Shown here: piece after piece, positions 38,410-50,820 of the stretch
Layout of the letters: every line of letters starts with the position of its first letter
Position numbering within the stretch: the stretch's first letter is position 1
Origin: Octopus sinensis
Lineage: Eukaryota
Direction of reading: 5' to 3'
Length of the DNA stretch: 64,000 nucleotides
Assembly (NCBI RefSeq): GCF_006345805.1
Contig: NC_043000.1
Location: 43,152,001-43,216,000, forward strand
The notes under the pieces: model-generated
The model's input: the letters and a program-made list of their open reading frames with translations, nothing else
What the model was told of the DNA's origin: nothing
The model's database searches: none
Translations under genes and position numbers: made by a program

Positions 38410-39030
38410 GACATCGCCCAGTATACAATATCGTGAGATTGTTGATTGAAGATATTTTGTCCACCTGTTTTCAAGTCGCTACAGTTGAACTGTTTTTCAA
38501 GTCGCTACAAGGACCTCAGAAAAACAGTTCTTTAAGCAATATGCGTGCAGTTCCAAGTAATGCCGACTTCTTCAATACATCTAGATTGTAGAGTATTTCT
38601 CAGGTTTTCAGGTGTGTTTTTTTTTTATCAGACTGGGTGGTATTGAACCCAATGCTCCAATGACAGCAGGGATGACCTTTGTGTTCAACTCTCGTAGCTG
38701 CCACATCTCAATTCTCAGGTCTCCATATTTATCAAACTTTTCTCTTTCCTTCATGATGATATGTTGAACTCCTGGTACGGCCACGTCGATTATTAGGCAC
38801 TCTTGTTTGTCGCTCCTAAAGGTTATTATATCCGGCCTTCGGTGCTCTAACATTTTGTTTGTCTGGAAACCAAAGTTCCGGACGATTTTTGCCTTCCCCT
38901 TTTTGTCCATTACCTTTTCCGGTGTATGTTGATACCAAGCACAAGTAACCTCATATCCATACTTACGGCATAGTAGCCAGTGGAAATTTTGGGCTACTTT
39001 ATTGTGCCTACGCTTGTATTCTTTTCACGC
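38410..39030 (-). pseudogene. R4/Dong-type non-LTR retrotransposon 3' fragment A (CCHC plus restriction-like endonuclease)
   Basis: KEYKRRHNKVAQNFHW..HTPEKV..RRPDII..CLIIDVAVPG..KEREKFDKYGDLRIE..VIPAVIGALG; the tail abuts (ATT)n. Confidence 0.85.
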
Positions 39031-39050
39031 AAGACTTTCAAAAGCACTAG

Positions 39051-39355
39051 CATGAGATACAGAACAGGGAACCACATAGTATTACTTGGGAAAGAGAGTA
39101 AACGATGCTGGATCATAGATATAGAATGCCCAGCTGACAACAAGGTAGACGATAAGGAAGAAAGAAAAGTCAATAGATATAACAGGTTAGCTTGGGAGGT
39201 TAAAGAGTTGTGGTCGCTGAATAAGGTAGTACTAGAACCAGTAATTGTTGGAGCCCTGGAAAAAGTGAGTAAAAGTCTTGAGAAGTACATAGAACAAATA
39301 GGCGCTGCAATAAAGGTAGAGCACTTGCAGATGGAACCGCTCGAATACTCCGATA
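39051..39355 (+). pseudogene. R4/Dong-type RLE fragment B
   Basis: CWIIDIECPADNKVDDKEERKVNRYNRLAWEVKELW..PVIVGALEKVSKSLEKYIEQIG. Confidence 0.85.
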
Positions 39356-39420
39356 TCTGGTCAGTTGATCGTACTAGATCATTGCATCCCACAGGATTTT
39401 GCAATTCTCATTTTCGGTTA

Positions 39421-39870
39421 TAATTATTATTATTATTTTATTGCCTTCGCACAGCTTTTCATGCTGGAGATGTACTACGGTGTCAGCTGTTCACTACAAA
39501 TGAACTAAGGTAACAGCCCTTATTTTTCGAGCACCATCTGGAGTATTCGAGCGGTTCCAACCAGTGCTGTTTTCTGCCATCACCTTTATTGCAGCCCCTA
39601 TCTGTTCCATGTACTTCTTAAGACTTTTACTCACTGCTTTCAGAGTTCCGACATTCATTAGCACTACTACCACCTTTTTCAGCGACCACAATTGCTTAAC
39701 CTCCCAAGCAAACCTGTTATAGCTATCGACTGTTCCTTATCACATACCTTGTTGTTAGCTGGGCATGCTCTATCTATGATCCGGCATCATTTGCTTTCTT
39801 TCTCAGTTGACACTATATCTGGTTTCCTATTCTCTGTCTCATGATCGCACTGGATCATAAGATCCCGCAG
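39421..39870 (-). pseudogene. R4/Dong-type RLE fragment C with 3' UTR and (AAT)n tail
   Basis: CDHETENRKPDIV..CRIIDRACPANNKV..WSLKKVV..VSKSLKKYMEQIGAAIKV; ends in AAAAATAATAATAATAATTA. Confidence 0.8.
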
Positions 39871-39879
39871 GAACTTAGC

Positions 39880-40165
39880 ACATATGTTCATATATGAACA
39901 TATATCCACTACTAAATCCGGTATGTCATGTTCTTGTACCTGATCTATTTGGACTGAGAAATCCCAGAGGATTTTGCAAGTCTCCGATTCCATCACTCTC
40001 TACGATTTGTGCTAATACTACTTCTTGCCTTTCACTAGCCCCGACTTTTGCACAATTTCCAGTGTAGCACTTTCGGTACCTGATCTTGTCGCCATAACTT
40101 GTAGTGGCTTTGGGCAAATCTAGGGCATTCGTTCGTGATGGTTTCATCCACTCTATTGTAGATAC
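39880..40165 (-). pseudogene. R4/Dong-type fragment D
   Basis: ESETCKILWDFSVQIDQVQEHDIPDLVV; begins next to (ATT)n at 40150-40215. Confidence 0.7.
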
Positions 40166-40167
40166 GA

Positions 40168-40226
<59 letters not shown>

Positions 40227-40239
40227 TATTATTATTAAG

Positions 40240-40425
40240 TTGGCCGAATCATTACCGCGCCTTACAAAATGTTTAACAGCGTTGCTGAGTTCAAATTCCG
40301 CCTACTCGATTTTGCCTTTCATATTTTCGGGGTCGATAAAATAAGGACCGTTTAAGCATTGCGGTCAATGTACTCAGTCCACTCTCTCCCCCAATCTAGC
40401 TGGCCTTCTGGCAAATATTTCAAAC
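40240..40425 (+). mobile_element. Decayed MetaSINE-like copy
   Basis: GAGTTCAAATTCCGCC...TTTGCCTTTCATATTTTCGGGGTCGATAAAATAAG. Confidence 0.7.
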
Positions 40426-40504
40426 CATTATCTTTATTATTGTTATTATTGCTGGTGTTGTCGTTGTGGTTGTTAAGCTAGTACATTATAATTTAATTAG
40501 CAGG

Positions 40505-41340
40505 GATTTTATCTTAATATTTGTTGACAACTAGACTCCTTAAATTTCAAGAATTCCTTGAATTCTTGTGGAATTTAAGAGAGTACTTTTACTACAGGTC
40601 CACAATGCAAGTTTCAGTTCCATTCTCTTTCAATCTGGAAGGTAGCATTATGCGTATTGTCCTAAGTTCATCAATTACCACCGGGATATTTATTGTTATG
40701 GTCTTTCATATACTACTCAGCTCTCTGCCTAGATTCTGCTATTTCACATTGTTTTTTTTTTTTCAATTTCTTTGTTATCGATTCTGGTATTATAGGGAAT
40801 TGCAGAATCTATGGACTTACAGTGTTTATATTGTTCTCTGTGATCATATCTGGTCTTCTTGCTTCAATTGTACGATTAGCCTTCACACTACATTTCTGTT
40901 ATGTTGGAACCACACACGCTCGCCTGACATCCCAATGTAATCTTATACCTACACATTCATGCGTATGCCAAGACTCTTTTTATGCTGATGCACTTACTCA
41001 AGTGATGATTGATACTTTCGTCTTCTTTCCTGCAGATTCTACAGTTACTGTCTGACTGGGTTTTGTCGACTTTTCGCCTTTATCAAATTTGTTCTAATGG
41101 CTTATTTCAGAGCGTTTTGGGTTCTCATATCAAGTTCTGGCCTTTCAGTAAGAACCGATGTTCTTTATTTCCAGCTTCTCCGATTTGTTACATGAATTGA
41201 CCATGTAATCCCATTTCTCTCCATTTGCTTGTTCTGTTGTTCTACCTTCCTTTTTTGAATTCTGCTACTGTTTCAGTCGCTTCTTATTCTTATAGTATTC
41301 CTTCTTTACTCTGCACAACATAGTTTTTGAATCCCAGTAT
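40505..41340 (-). pseudogene. R4/Dong-type fragment E (RT C-terminus, zinc knuckle, RLE)
   Basis: Frameshifted remnants KWREMGLHGQF..AIRTNLIKAK.. followed by endonuclease and KVIP/LGT-like segments. Confidence 0.7.
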
Positions 41341-43095
41341 ATTAGTACGTTCGCTAGATCTTCATGTGCTTTCTAGTATGTTAAGTAATGTAATTCAATT
41401 CGTATGAGACGAGAATAAAGTAAGATTCGTTGGAGTGTAATGCTAGAAGACGTTTTTTTAAAATGAATATCTTTCAATTAATGTAAATACTTCCACCAAA
41501 CTCGCACGACTCTCACTAGATAGACTGATTTTCTCAGACTCACATTTCTCGTACAAAATTTACACAACCCAATGAGCCCTTCCTACTAAAACATAAGTCA
41601 CGGCAAATGAATTTAGCATCGAACATTGTTAAAGAACCCGAAACGTAACAATATAACTATATGACTGGTGATCATAGTGAGAATTAGTTTCACTTAATAT
41701 GAACGTTTTGTAATTATGTGGAAAGAAGAATTACGATATTATAACTCACTTTTCAAATGGTTTCTGCAATCAATCGTTCATTAAAATCTACATATCATTA
41801 ACTGGTTGAGTCGAATGTGCATGTGCTTTTAGTAAATATAATGCGAGGGAAGTAAGCAAAATAACTAGATACATGAAATAACTAGAACGTGAATTAAAAT
41901 AAGTAGAAACATGGAAAGCAAAGAAAGAAAATGATGCTGTACCTAGATGTCGTCGCGTTAATTTTGATAAGGAAAATGAACCATATTATCTGCAGGTGGT
42001 GATTGCATTCACAAATATCAGATAAGTTATATTAAAGTCTATCCATTGTATGTGCTCACAGCACTCAGTGATATCTGGAAAGAAGAGACATGCCAACCTC
42101 TAAAGGAACCAACAATCTGCATTTAATCATCGAAATTACTTGAATTTATTTTTTTATCGCGAAACAAATCAAATTTTCTAGTGGGAAATAGAAAATACAA
42201 AATGACATTGTGTTTGTGTGCGAGCGCGATTGTGAGAGTGAAAGAGTGTGTGTGTGTGTGTGTGTTTGTGTGTGTGTGTGAGTGTGCGTGCGTGTGTGCG
42301 TGTGTGTGTACAGGTATAACACCAATTTTCAGACAACTGGTGATCCAGTAACACTTTTAATCAAGATATAACTATGAGGATTACTGAAACTTCTCGCAAC
42401 TGTTATGAAGGTGCAAACGGATGAACCTAAATCTTGTACCATAGCTAGTCGCGAAATATCCTTCTTTCAAAACGATATTTTCAAGAGCATATTGTCAGAA
42501 AAATTACCATAAGTGCGGAACTTAGATTCTCTTAGTATTAGTATGGTACAGATATAGGATGGCGAACTGGTAGCATAGTTACAGCTCCGGGCAAAATCCT
42601 TAGAGGCACTTCATGCGTGTTTACGCTCCGAATTCAAATTCTGTCAAGGTCGGTGAAATAAGTACTAGTGCCTTGCACAAAATGTCGAAGCAATACTATG
42701 GTAAAGTTAAATACACCCTCTGAAGTTAATTCTCAAGTGAGGAACAGACGAATAGCTTAGTACATAACATAAGATTTAGTTTCAGGTATTTATTCCTTCT
42801 AAAGACAGCAAGATAGCAGAATCGTCAGCTCGCCGGACAAAATGCTAAGTATTATTTCGTACACACATACAGACACATATACAAACACATATACATATAT
42901 ATGTATATGTATATATAAGATTTTTTTGCGTAATAAGATAAAAAACCAAGGCTGTGTAGATTCTTATATACACACGCTGACATAGAACCAACGTTGAACC
43001 CCTTATTACCAAAATTACCGAATCTGGAACATAACTGTGGTCTGTCTATAGCACTTATTCAGCATTACCTGACACCTTTGGGTCTCAATGACACC

Positions 43096-43144
<49 letters not shown>

Positions 43145-43149
43145 TTTGA

Positions 43150-44640
43150 TAGGTTTCGGCCACTATTGTCCCAGGCCATGTCTAACTTAATAGCACCACC
43201 TGGCAAAGTCACTCAAATCAGGAATTGGATATGGCCCACAAGAGGAGAGAGTAGTTGTTATGGAGACATATTCGGGTATCGGAGGTTTACCTGAGATTTT
43301 TGAAGATATTTGTCCGAAGGTTTCTTGAACTTGATCCAGTCTGCTTTAGTGTGTCTTGGTATAATGTTAAAGAGAGCGGGGCCAAATGAGGTGAAATAAT
43401 TGCACCGTATTTTTGTTATGTGATGCCAATATGATTTATGTTGTGGGCGGATAGCTCGGGGTCCAAGTCTTGGGTGTACCTTAAAGGCGATGCCAACATC
43501 ATTTGGGCAATGCTGATGGAATATTTTCCGTATCGGCGGCGTTGGAAAGAGTAAAGCTTGAGCTTTCCTAGTCGACTCAGATAGTTAAGGCCTGTCATGC
43601 CATCTATTTTTTTTTGCAATTGACCATTGAGGTGCTTCAGTTTTCGTGATACTTTGTTTTATGTGGGGAGACCACAGTGGACAGCAGTATTCAAGGTGGG
43701 ATCGGCCAAAAGTAGAGAAGAGAAGGATAATGTTGTGGATATTTCTCGACTGGAATGTTCTGAGAATCTAGGAGCATAATCTGCGGGCCATGCATTTCAA
43801 CGTTGCTGTTTATATGAGCGGCCCAGCTTTTGTTGTTATCCACAATTACTGCTAAGTCTCTGATGTTGTTGGATGCCATGTGAGTTACACCTGAAGGAAG
43901 AGTGTATGAGAGTTTCAGCGTATCCCTTTTTCTGAAGTGGATTGACTCAAATTTGTCCTATTTCAGCAGCATATTATTCTATTCCGACCATTGGGTGACG
44001 GCCAGTAGATCTAACTGAAGCCATGGCCGGTCACCCACTTCATTGATGACCTTCTGGATCTTGGAATCATCTGCAGAGATTCTTATGTGACTGTGCCTAA
44101 TGGTGACATTAATGTCACCATCAACTTTGGCTGGGCTTGATTTTACTCCTTCGACTACAACATATAGGCTCTGCTTGTCAGGAAACACTTGATCCATAGT
44201 AGTAACTTTCCAGTGACACCCATGTCGGATAATTTTTTCAAGACATTCTTATGATCCACCGTGTCAAAGGCCTTGCTGAAATCAAAGTAGATGACATCAA
44301 TAGTTGAGCCCTCTCCCAAAGCTCTCACAATGCCATCAAGTTGATGCAGGAGCTGCGTTTAGCAGTTCCTTCCATTACGGAACATATGTTGGTTGGGGTT
44401 CAGCAGTCTGTTGCTTTTAAGGAACTGGGTTATCCGTGATATCACCACCCACTCAAATACTTTGATGATATGAGCAATGAGCGAAATCTGCCGGTAGGTC
44501 ATTGCAAGAGACTTGTTTCCCTTTTTGAAAACTGAGAAAAGAGACTGGGACAGAAAGTTTTCAGGAATATAACGAGCACCCAGTGAGTTCCTCCATAGAT
44601 TAGCAAGAGGAGATCCAAGTTGGTCTCGACACACCATCAG
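43150..44640 (-). pseudogene. CR1-clade LINE reverse transcriptase remnant
   Basis: FKKGNKS..YRQISLIAHIIKVFE..NPNQHMFRNGRNC*TQLL..DVIYFDFSKAFDTVDH..(F>S)ADDSK..IRDLAVIVDNNKSW..LNYLSRLGKLKLYSFQRRR. Confidence 0.9.
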
Positions 44641-45141
44641 GACACAAGGCAGACGAAGATAGCAGAATCAAACTCCCTTATGCACCAAATGGGCCAACAG
44701 CTGAGACAAAGGCACATGCAGTAGTGGTGATGTGAAACACAGCAGAGTGAGGAAATCAGAAAGACCTTGGTGGTGCTCGAGCATGACCGCAGCTGCATGG
44801 TTGAAACGAGAAAAAGAGTAAAATTAATAATGTAGGCCTAAATATATTATCATCTATATGCGCAATTCTTGTGCACTTTTGTAAAAATGAAAAAAAAACA
44901 TCACTAAGATTGATTTTGATTCCCCTTGTATAGTGTGCGGCAGTTTGGGGCACGTCAGCTTTTGTGCATACATATGAGTATATGTATATACATATGTATG
45001 TACACACACACACACACCCTCACACACACTCACACATATATATATGTCTGTGAATGCGTGTGTGGATGTACGTAAGTGCACGAATGTGTATGTGAGGGGT
45101 GTGTGAGTATGCATCTATGTATGTATGTATCTATCTATCAA

Positions 45142-45209
<68 letters not shown>

Positions 45210-45695
45210 GTATGGATATATCTATATATGTGTGCGCATGTACGTAAATATATATATATGTATATGTATGTATTTATGTCTCTCTCTTTCTCTCTTTCTA
45301 TATATATATGTATATATATATATATTATATATATATATATATATATATGTTTATATATATATGTATATATATATATTTATGCATAGGTGTACGTAAATAA
45401 AAGACAAGACATGTATGCTTCCCTCCACGTATCCGCCTGTTACACTTCTATTCATTTTCTGCTGGATTTTTTAGACTTCTGGAGCATTTACATCTTTTCT
45501 TTATTTTATATCTCCTGTCTGTGTCTACTATTCTCTATGCAGCCAACAGAGTTCATGTACTGCTTCAATTCTATTCTTTAGAACAAGACAAAAAAAACAA
45601 CAATAACAAAAGCTGTAAGAAAAATTACACGATGTCTGTGATGAAAGAATGTGAATAATAGTAACAATGGCGTGAAACACTAGCAATAGTAATTT

Positions 45696-45745
<50 letters not shown>

Positions 45746-45892
45746 TTACTACTGCCATCACAAGTTGTAGCTACAGCAGCAAGAGAAGAAGCAGCAGCTG
45801 AGCAGTAGTGGTAACAATTGTATAACATGATAATAGCAATAATAATGAAGACAATAATAATAGTGATAATAATGATGATGATAATGGGGATG

Positions 45893-45950
<58 letters not shown>

Positions 45951-46779
45951 AATTATACGTCTTACTATATTTCTTGATTGATAGGTTAGAATATATATAT
46001 TTCATTCAACAATGTGTCAGATAAAAGACGTTGTTTTGCTTTCTTTTATCGTATCAAGCTGTGGATCGTTGCCGTAGAGAAAAAAGTATTAAATATATCA
46101 GCAGTAACATGTCTTTGGATGTTCTTCAACTCTGAGCGTTAGAATCTGACTGAACCATTTTTTTCATTATGCATTGATCCTACTCTTTAATTTGACCTCT
46201 TCTCCTCCATAACACATGAAAACTACCCCGTCATCGTGACTGATGATTTTAGTGGCTACATTGGTATACAATATGATAAATATTCCAATTAATAAGTAAG
46301 GTGAAAAATAATGAAATATAGGTCAAGACTCTGAGATCTCTGTGATGCAAATGACCTAAATATTTGCTACACTAATTTCATTATTAGACGTGGCTCTATG
46401 CTAATAATAAGTTTGCTTCCCGACCTCATGGCTCCGGTTTAAGTCCCAATGTGTCACACCTCGGGCAAGTTTCTTCTGCTATAGCCACGCATCGACCAAG
46501 GCCTTGCGATATATGATCAAACGGAAACTGGAAGAAGCCTGTCATATAATTGTTTCGTCCCATAACGTTTTAGACTGCATGTGGACTGGGCACTGCATGG
46601 GGACTGGGCCGCATCCATGTTATGACTCTCGAGTGTTTTTCTACTGACAATTATAGCCACTCCGATATCGGAAACGTGCAATTAAACCGCACGGAAATTT
46701 CGTGTAATTGTAATTGCTTCACATATCTCAACTTTCTTACACTGAAAGAAGATATAACGTTGCTTGTCTTGGTAACAGC

Positions 46780-47645
46780 AACTCATCAACGCTATCATAA
46801 TGACTCACTGGGAGTCTCTTCCCTAAGCATTGAAACACAAAGTTACTTCCTTCAAACACTAGGGATGTCGTCTTTGTTTCCCTTCGACCTGATCAAGCTG
46901 GGGCATCTCTCCTCTGTCACTGATATTTTATTTAGGGCCTTTTCTCGGGTCATCCTATAGACTGAATATTTTTACATTATATCTTAAGCAAATTTTCTCA
47001 CAAAAGCTGTGTCTTCAACTTACATAATAAAAACTGTGACCCAGAATCTTCCCTCAAGCTGTTGGACAGACTGGTGTATTTTTCGGTCATTAACACGTAT
47101 TCTATTCTACTTTCAAATGGCATGGATGGTTCAATCGAAATCAGTTGCTTTGATGAATTGGAATGGAATACGATGTCTAGCCTCAAGTAACTCTTTCCTG
47201 GTGATTTCTGGTTGTTTTGCTGATCTTTGGAGGTATGGTGAGCAATTCCACCCAGAAGACCCCATTTCCATGATTCCCATGGCATACCTGTTCCTGGCCA
47301 TAATTTACTGCTTTCGGCCGGGTAGAATGTTTTTGGAGATACTGTTGTGCTTCCACTGCGTCTTGGAGTTCTCATTTCCTGCCTGTTTTCAGTTTGGGCT
47401 GGATCGATCTCACAACATTTCGCATCTTCAAGTTAACAGTCAAGCATTTCTGAATTTGTATTCCTTAACGATGGGCTTGAGAGGTAGTTCCAGTTTGGCG
47501 TGGTGACTATAGAGTGCGACATCAGTAAGATCTGGTGGGACACAAAGCCTCTTCCTTGTGTACTTGTTGATGTTTGTCTCCATGTCCTCCACTGTGCTAG
47601 GGCTGATGTTGTAAGTCAGCAGATTCCAGAGAAACGTTGGAATTA
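46780..47645 (-). pseudogene. HERO-type (R2-related, RLE) non-LTR retrotransposon 3' fragment
   Basis: LWNLLTYNISPSTVEDMETNINKYTRKRLCVPPDLTDVALYSHHAKLELPLKPIVKEYK and RLDIVFHSNSSKQLISIEPSMPFESRIE..TEKY match HERO RT-end and (ELTVPWE-type) RLE motifs as recalled. Confidence 0.75.
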
Positions 47646-50574
47646 ACATAAACTGTAAACACGAAACCTTGTATTTGTCAGAATAGATTAGTGATTAATG
47701 ACATCATTCAGAACTAGACTAAATCAATGACATTTGAGCATATTCTTGCCTCTTGCAAAACGATGTGAATTGGATTCAAGAGAAATTTGGCTGCTGTCTT
47801 TTAAACGTTGAGTGAGTTCTTAAAGACTTCTTCGTTGGTATTTTATAACCATGTGACCTACCCTCGTCAGTGAGTGTTAACTGTTTTGGCAACGAATATT
47901 GTTCCATTGCAATAAGTATAGCTATATCATCGAACTATAAGCTGTTAACGGGATGGATTGTTGCTTCGATTGCAGCTTGCATTTATGAGTGGTATTTTAC
48001 AATTCACTATTGAAGTCTTCGTTTGTTGATAATGTTAATAGTGTTTGATGAAGCTTTTGAACATTTCCCACCTCTGTATTTCCAAATACTATATTTGTTA
48101 AAATGCAAAATTAAATACAAGTCACTAGCATGTTAACCTCATCAGCATTCTGTAATTTCACATTCATTAGAAAAAGAAAATACATATAGAACTAAGCCTC
48201 AATAGATTATTTAACGAACGTTACTCTTCTGAGGTGAATTTCTGATAGATCTGACGTATTTACTGTTGTTTTTGTTGATGTTGTTAGTAATAGTGGTCCA
48301 GAACTTAGCTCTAAAATAATTTTTTGTCACGAATGCATTCTGACTTTCTTTTAAGCTTGTAAAATGATTTGGAAGTATTTGACTGTTACATAAAAGATGT
48401 TGAGTATTTGAAGCACGTGGCAGATCCCATTTGTACCAGTAATATACTATGGTTTGGAGTATTTTAATATACAACGTTCTTGTGAATAACAATGATTTCT
48501 TGTGTTAAGTGTAATCAGAAGAAACACAAAGAACATGTCTTCGAGCAGCTTCACGTTTTACTCATACAGTTTTCTATATTGACAGATTACAATTGAGAGA
48601 GAAAGAGAAGGTAGATATATTTGCTAAAAAACGACTACGAAAAGAAACAGTAAAAATATACAAGTGTTCTGATAAATCTGTTGACACCATTGTATTATCA
48701 CTTGTCATCAAGTGTCCGGACGCTCTTTTGATTTTATCAGACACTGCTTTTATCACTGCTATTAAGCAAGCTTCTTGCACTACGGTTTGTTCTGAACTGA
48801 GAAAAGAAAAGAAAAGAAAAACGTGAAAGCGAAAGAAAAAAGTAAACAAATCTCAAGCTGAAATAGCAATGTGATATTTATTGTTTTCGTTTTTCATTTC
48901 GATAAAAGAATCAGACAAAAACATTGTTAAAATCACAGCAAGACTATCACGTCTGTTATCATATTAATCTTACTTTGAGCAAGTATAGTGGTAATGTTCT
49001 ACCTAGCTGCCCGGAACGTTTAACGTTGCAGTCGAATTTCTTTGATGAAATTCCAACCACCTCTATGAATGGGCACTACACAGATAATGACACGTCTTTT
49101 ATATAGTTGTGTGGTGTGTTCAATTTCGAATTTATCTGAAATAAATTGAAACAAACACCCTAATTCTTTTAAGGCAGTATCAAAATGATATTGAGATTCT
49201 GTTTCAATATATTTTCTCAATGGGACTACGTCAACAGAATTTCGTTTTGCATCAGATGACTTTTATCATCTTTTAAAATGATAAAGCATTTTACAAGTTT
49301 ACATATGAATCAGAACTACTTCCCTAAATAACTTGGTTCCTGTTGATAAGACATCACTAGAAACTACAGGTATCTATTAGTTAGTAGTCAGGATTAGTTA
49401 GTTGTCAGGTCATGTTCAAAAGCTTCGAAACACTGATATAACAGATCATGTTTAAGGTATCCAAATCTAGAATGGATTTGTTACACACGTGTACCTTAGT
49501 ATTCCTAAGACTGTAGTAATGTAATTTGAAGGAGATTTGGCTGGGATTTGCAGCATGTGGAGCGACTACACATTTGTTATAATTTTGGTTCATGTTACTT
49601 GGTTGTTCAAAGAGCTGAAAACAAATAAAAAGAAACTTAGCCAACTCTATTTCTATAAATTCCTTCTCGCCGTTGGCAAAGAAATATGAGGATCTACTAG
49701 AAATTACATGCGTTGTTTAATACAATTAGTAAATTCTCTTCAAAGGTCTTAAGTGACGTAAAATATGAGAAATATATATTCCACAGGCTTTTCTTGAGCC
49801 ATTAGACCCGGTTGATTGTGAAGCTGTATATGTTAAAGAAGGGATAGAACCTGCTCATTGTTCGATCTGCTCGCACAGCTACTATTTGTTACATGGCCCC
49901 TAATCACACCCTACTGTCTTAAAGAAAATTGCCATTGAATTGTCAAAGCTGGAATATCAGTGTTCATAGGTCTCCTCTATCAAAATGGACCTGATTTTAA
50001 ATAATATCAGTAACAGGAAGAACTAATGTTTTTAGATGGCAACAATACTAGTTGGTCAAAATAATTCTAAAATGCATATAATAGGATTATATCCGTTAGC
50101 TTCCGAATTTCTTTATGTAATCCGTTACCGTTTTCAAAATCATATCATATTTTGAGGTCTTAAACAGTGAAAGGATCATAGCTGGCATTTAAGAAATGTT
50201 GGCCAAATCTTGACCAAATGCCTTAACATATTTCTTTATTGCAAGTTCGTAGAGTTAAATGGTATAACAAAAGCGCTTTTACAAGATAACTGAACGGTTG
50301 TAAAATCAACATCTACAATGTAATCTTTCAGAGATAATAACGTAATACAGAGGTTAACATGCTGTTTTGATTTCCGATTTTATTTCATTCCACTAATGGC
50401 AATAAAACTTTTATGAAAGGCATGGTTGGTTACATCTACGATTTCGCTTTAATCAAAATTCATTAGAACTAATCGTATATTATTATACATTTATGATTAT
50501 GAAAACCAAACAATTAACTGTATTTATTACAGAAAACTCGTTGTCTGCATCGCCAATTAAAAGAAAAGAATATG

Positions 50575-50820
50575 AACAAAGATCCTTCCCGAGCCTTAGG
50601 GTTATATCGCCGGTTTCCCTGATTGTATGATGTATACTATCTACACTCCAATTAGACAGGAGGCCGATCCGTCGCAAGATTATTCCTTTTTACCAGCTGA
50701 GTGATCTGGAGCAGCGAGAAATTAAGTCTTTTCTTCACGAATACAATACATCACCCAGTCTAGAAATGGAAACCACAATCTTACAAACGTGAGTGCAGCA
50801 CCATTATTAATCCACGCCTC
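50575..50820 (-). mobile_element. Old CORE-type SINE
   Basis: TACCAGCTGAGTGATCTGGAGCAGCGAGAAATTAAGTCTT parallels GCCAGCTGAGTGGACTGGAGCAACGTGAAATAAAGTGTCTT at about 2290. Confidence 0.6.

Noticed and set aside
43150-43185. GGCC...GGCCGAAAC on the minus strand at the CR1 3' end
   Set aside because: No CUGANGA upstream; part of the LINE 3' UTR.
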